63,940 nucleotides of DNA from an uncultured Candidatus Saccharibacteria bacterium (GTDB lineage Bacteria; Patescibacteriota; Minisyncoccia; Phycocordibacterales; Phycocordibacteraceae). The notes under the pieces were generated by a model. That model was not told where the DNA came from. It ran no database searches and was given only the letters and a program-made list of their open reading frames with translations. The position numbers and the translations under genes are program-made. Shown piece by piece: positions 62,063-63,940 of the stretch (positions are counted from its first letter, which is position 1; the number at the start of each line of letters is the position of its first letter). The stretch is from positions 37,770 to 101,709 of the forward strand of contig CAZJPR010000001.1 in the NCBI GenBank assembly GCA_964548265.1. Direction: 5' to 3'.

Positions 62063-62296
62063 CTACACACCCGACACGTTGTCTCCGAGTAGTTCGGTGT
62101 CAGACGTATCGTCGAGCCTGATAACACCGCTGTGAACACCGATGCCTGGAGCCGTTGCGATTGCCGTTTCCGGAGTCGCTGCGTCTATCGACATCACTTC
62201 ACCGCTTGTGTTGACGTAGGCATACATCTGCGCGAAGGAAGCGGCCGGAAGGGCTGCGACCGTGAGTGCCAATGCTCCTAGAATGAGAGTTTTCAT
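62063..62296 (-). CDS. Small secreted hypothetical protein (77 aa)
   Basis: Start chosen at MKTLILGALALTVAALPAASFA (signal peptide). Confidence 0.55.
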   Translation of the reverse strand: MKTLILGALALTVAALPAASFAQMYAYVNTSGEVMSIDAATPETAIATAPGIGVHSGVIRLDDTSDTELLGDNVSGV

Positions 62297-62379
62297 ATCG
62301 TTACGTGAATTTCGGCTTATATCTATGTGCTCCCAAGGCAAACCGTACGCCTAGGGTGGTGAAAATTACATGAAGGGAT

Positions 62380-62631
62380 TCATGAACCCTTCTCTTCGAG
62401 ATGGCGTGTGAAGTGCTGCTTAATGGTCTGATCAAGTGCTCGATTGAACTCTATGGCGTGCTTAGGCGACAGCACGACTTCTCCAATAAGCTGACCGGTT
62501 CCCGCATTAGGCCTCACGTAGGCAAATTGCATGACCACTGAGTCATCTGAGACATAGACTTGAGCCACGTTTGAGAACCCTGGACGGGCGTCTGAGGGAA
62601 TGGTGATAGTGACCTTCTTTTTATCTTCCAT
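62380..62631 (-). CDS. DUF3467-like small protein
   Basis: PGFSNVAQVYVSDDSVVMQFAYVRP...IGEVVLSPKHAIEFNRALDQTIKQH matches the DUF3467 pattern, from memory. Confidence 0.6.
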   Translation of the reverse strand: MEDKKKVTITIPSDARPGFSNVAQVYVSDDSVVMQFAYVRPNAGTGQLIGEVVLSPKHAIEFNRALDQTIKQHFTRHLEEKGS

Positions 62632-62634
62632 GAC

Positions 62635-62832
62635 CTAGGTAAAGATACCTCGTACGGTATCCCACATATCAAGGAGCCACATCTTAATCATGCTCCAGCC
62701 GGATTCAACCATGGCAAAGACAAAGGAGAGGTTGTCCTGGTTGGTAGGGTTTTCGACGAGTCCGCGAAGCGAGATACCGAAGAAGGAGAGGGCAAGAAGG
62801 CCGATAACAATCCAGATGATAAGGCGTACCAT
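62635..62832 (-). CDS. Small membrane protein (65 aa)
   Basis: N-terminal TM helix LIIWIVIGLLALSFFGI. Lies 3 nt upstream of the next gene. Confidence 0.5.
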   Translation of the reverse strand: MVRLIIWIVIGLLALSFFGISLRGLVENPTNQDNLSFVFAMVESGWSMIKMWLLDMWDTVRGIFT

Positions 62833-62892
62833 GACAGTAGTATATACGTCGGAAAAGTGGCGTGAAGCGGGCTATGGGTATAGCGTAGGGCG

Positions 62893-63516
62893 ATGGACGC
62901 ACAGGTAAAAGCAGCACTTGAACACTGGAAGTCAAGGGACCCCATCCTGTACCAGGCCGCACTCCCCCACGCGTCTGGTCTTGCCGAGAAGACAAAACGT
63001 CGTAAAGGAAACGCAACATTATTTTCTGCACTTGCAAGCTCGGTGGTGAGTCAGCAGCTTGCGACCAAAGCTGCTGACAGCATTTGGGAGAAGCTGCGAA
63101 AGACGTGCGGCGGCAAGGTGACGCCCGAAGTAATTCTCAAAACCTCACTTCCCCGCTTACGGAAAGCCGGACTCTCTGGTGCAAAGGCAAAGACACTTAA
63201 GGAACTCGCCAAGGCTGTAAAGAACGGACTTAACCTGTCTTCCCTTTCGAAAGCAACGAAGGAAGAAGCTACAGAAAAGTTAACAGAAGTTTGGGGCATT
63301 GGTCCTTGGACCTGCGAAATGTTCCTTATGTTCGCAGCCGGGCATCCTGATATCTTCTCTGCAAGAGATTTGGGCCTTGTACGAAGCATGGAAACGCTCT
63401 ACGTTCTAAAGCGAGGGACGCCTTCAAAGAAACTCGAGCGCATGGCTGAGCGATGGGCGCCGTATCGAACGCTTGCGTGTCGCGTGTTGTGGAGGAGTAG
63501 GGATGCTAAAACGTAA
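62893..63516 (+). CDS. alkA: DNA-3-methyladenine glycosylase II-like HhH-GPD glycosylase
   Basis: VVSQQLATKAADSIWEKL, LRKAGLSGAKAKTLKELA, HhH WGIGPWTCEMFLMF, catalytic-Asp region FSARDLGL. Confidence 0.85.
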   Translation: MDAQVKAALEHWKSRDPILYQAALPHASGLAEKTKRRKGNATLFSALASSVVSQQLATKAADSIWEKLRKTCGGKVTPEVILKTSLPRLRKAGLSGAKAKTLKELAKAVKNGLNLSSLSKATKEEATEKLTEVWGIGPWTCEMFLMFAAGHPDIFSARDLGLVRSMETLYVLKRGTPSKKLERMAERWAPYRTLACRVLWRSRDAKT

Positions 63517-63940
63517 CCTCTTTTTCCTCTTCAAACGCAAAACGATCTCCAAACTCTGTTTGGTATTTTCTCACAATGCCCTTGCGTTCTAGACTTTCCC
63601 ACATGCGCCACCCTGGTTTTACACCATCACCTCTATCAAGATGGTAGCGCTCAAGGTCGGAGTGCATTAATTTCCCATACCGCTGTTGTGAAAAAGCATT
63701 CATAAGTTCCAAAACATGCGAGCCGATGCCTTGCTTGTGTTCGGTTACGGTGCCCATGATCATCGCGACTGGTAGATCCTCGTACAGTCGTGGCAATTCT
63801 GAATCCTTCGGTCGGTTTAAGTTATTGAAGCCGAGAAGCGCTTGATTGGAAAATTCGCCACCTTCAAACGTTGCAAACGAAACATACTCTCCAGCATCTG
63901 GATTGCGGGATTTATTGATGAGTACGTACACTTTTTCTTG
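63506..63940 (-). CDS. Possible GNAT-family acetyltransferase, 5' end may lie outside the window
   Basis: VTEHKQGIGSHVLELM resembles the acetyl-CoA-binding Q/RxxGxG motif. The frame stays open to the window edge, and the listed start is a GTG. Confidence 0.45.
   Translation of the reverse strand, partial: QEKVYVLINKSRNPDAGEYVSFATFEGGEFSNQALLGFNNLNRPKDSELPRLYEDLPVAMIMGTVTEHKQGIGSHVLELMNAFSQQRYGKLMHSDLERYHLDRGDGVKPGWRMWESLERKGIVRKYQTEFGDRFAFEEEKEVTF

Noticed and set aside
1-63940. Window-wide scan by eye for CRISPR arrays, IS/transposase or integrase genes, prophage genes, reverse transcriptase/DGR repeats, toxin-antitoxin pairs, rRNA, and stop-codon reassignment.
   Set aside because: I saw no regularly spaced direct repeats. 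No ORF has DDE, tyrosine- or serine-recombinase, RT (YxDD) or phage structural motifs. Recognised genes terminate normally at TAA, TAG and TGA, so code 11 fits. The only tandem nucleotide repeats are the short regulatory-type ones reported above.

Overview
This is a 63.9-kb chromosomal segment, densely coding, with about 80 CDS and 2 tRNAs. GC is roughly 55% by eye. Two blocks are clearly AT-richer: about 21.5-23.5 kb, abutting the 3' end of tRNA-Asn, and about 59.6-62.9 kb. Gene content is mostly housekeeping. By inference it looks like a small-genome Patescibacteria/CPR-like bacterium: class I LysRS, a ProRS without the editing insertion, an isolated purH, many small secreted or membrane-anchored ORFans, a DUF5667-type partner of an ECF sigma factor, and mostly absent Shine-Dalgarno sequences. 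Recognisable content, in order: nrdB; a 3D-domain protein; purH; a VanY-type carboxypeptidase; an ECF sigma/anti-sigma pair plus an HK/OmpR two-component pair; a GH18 hydrolase; truB; glnA; an MBL hydrolase; tRNA-Asn; a single-ORF def-fmt fusion; murA; mreB (copy 1); holB; frr; rseP; proS; mreB (copy 2)-mreC-mreD-mrdA; greA; class I lysyl-tRNA synthetase; a short dcw cluster (mraZ-rsmH-ftsL-ftsI-murF) preceded by GTGGG operator repeats; tRNA-Glu; yqeY; a P-type ATPase; rmuC; rplU; recR; dnaB; cysS; a corA-like gene; ctpA; rplI; rpmA; a DEDDh exonuclease; a LOG-family gene; an alkA-like glycosylase. I saw no rRNA, CRISPR array, transposase, integrase or phage genes, and the standard genetic code fits. 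The best candidates for something undescribed are: (1) an ORFan operon translationally coupled to truB plus a converging 494-aa ORFan, where two of the proteins share a TEGIGG tail motif; (2) an AT-rich PP-loop-like protein with a QueC-like Cys cluster next to tRNA-Asn; (3) the Def-Fmt fusion; (4) an unlisted 41-aa extremely basic ORF. All functional calls come from motif recognition by eye. No database search was run.
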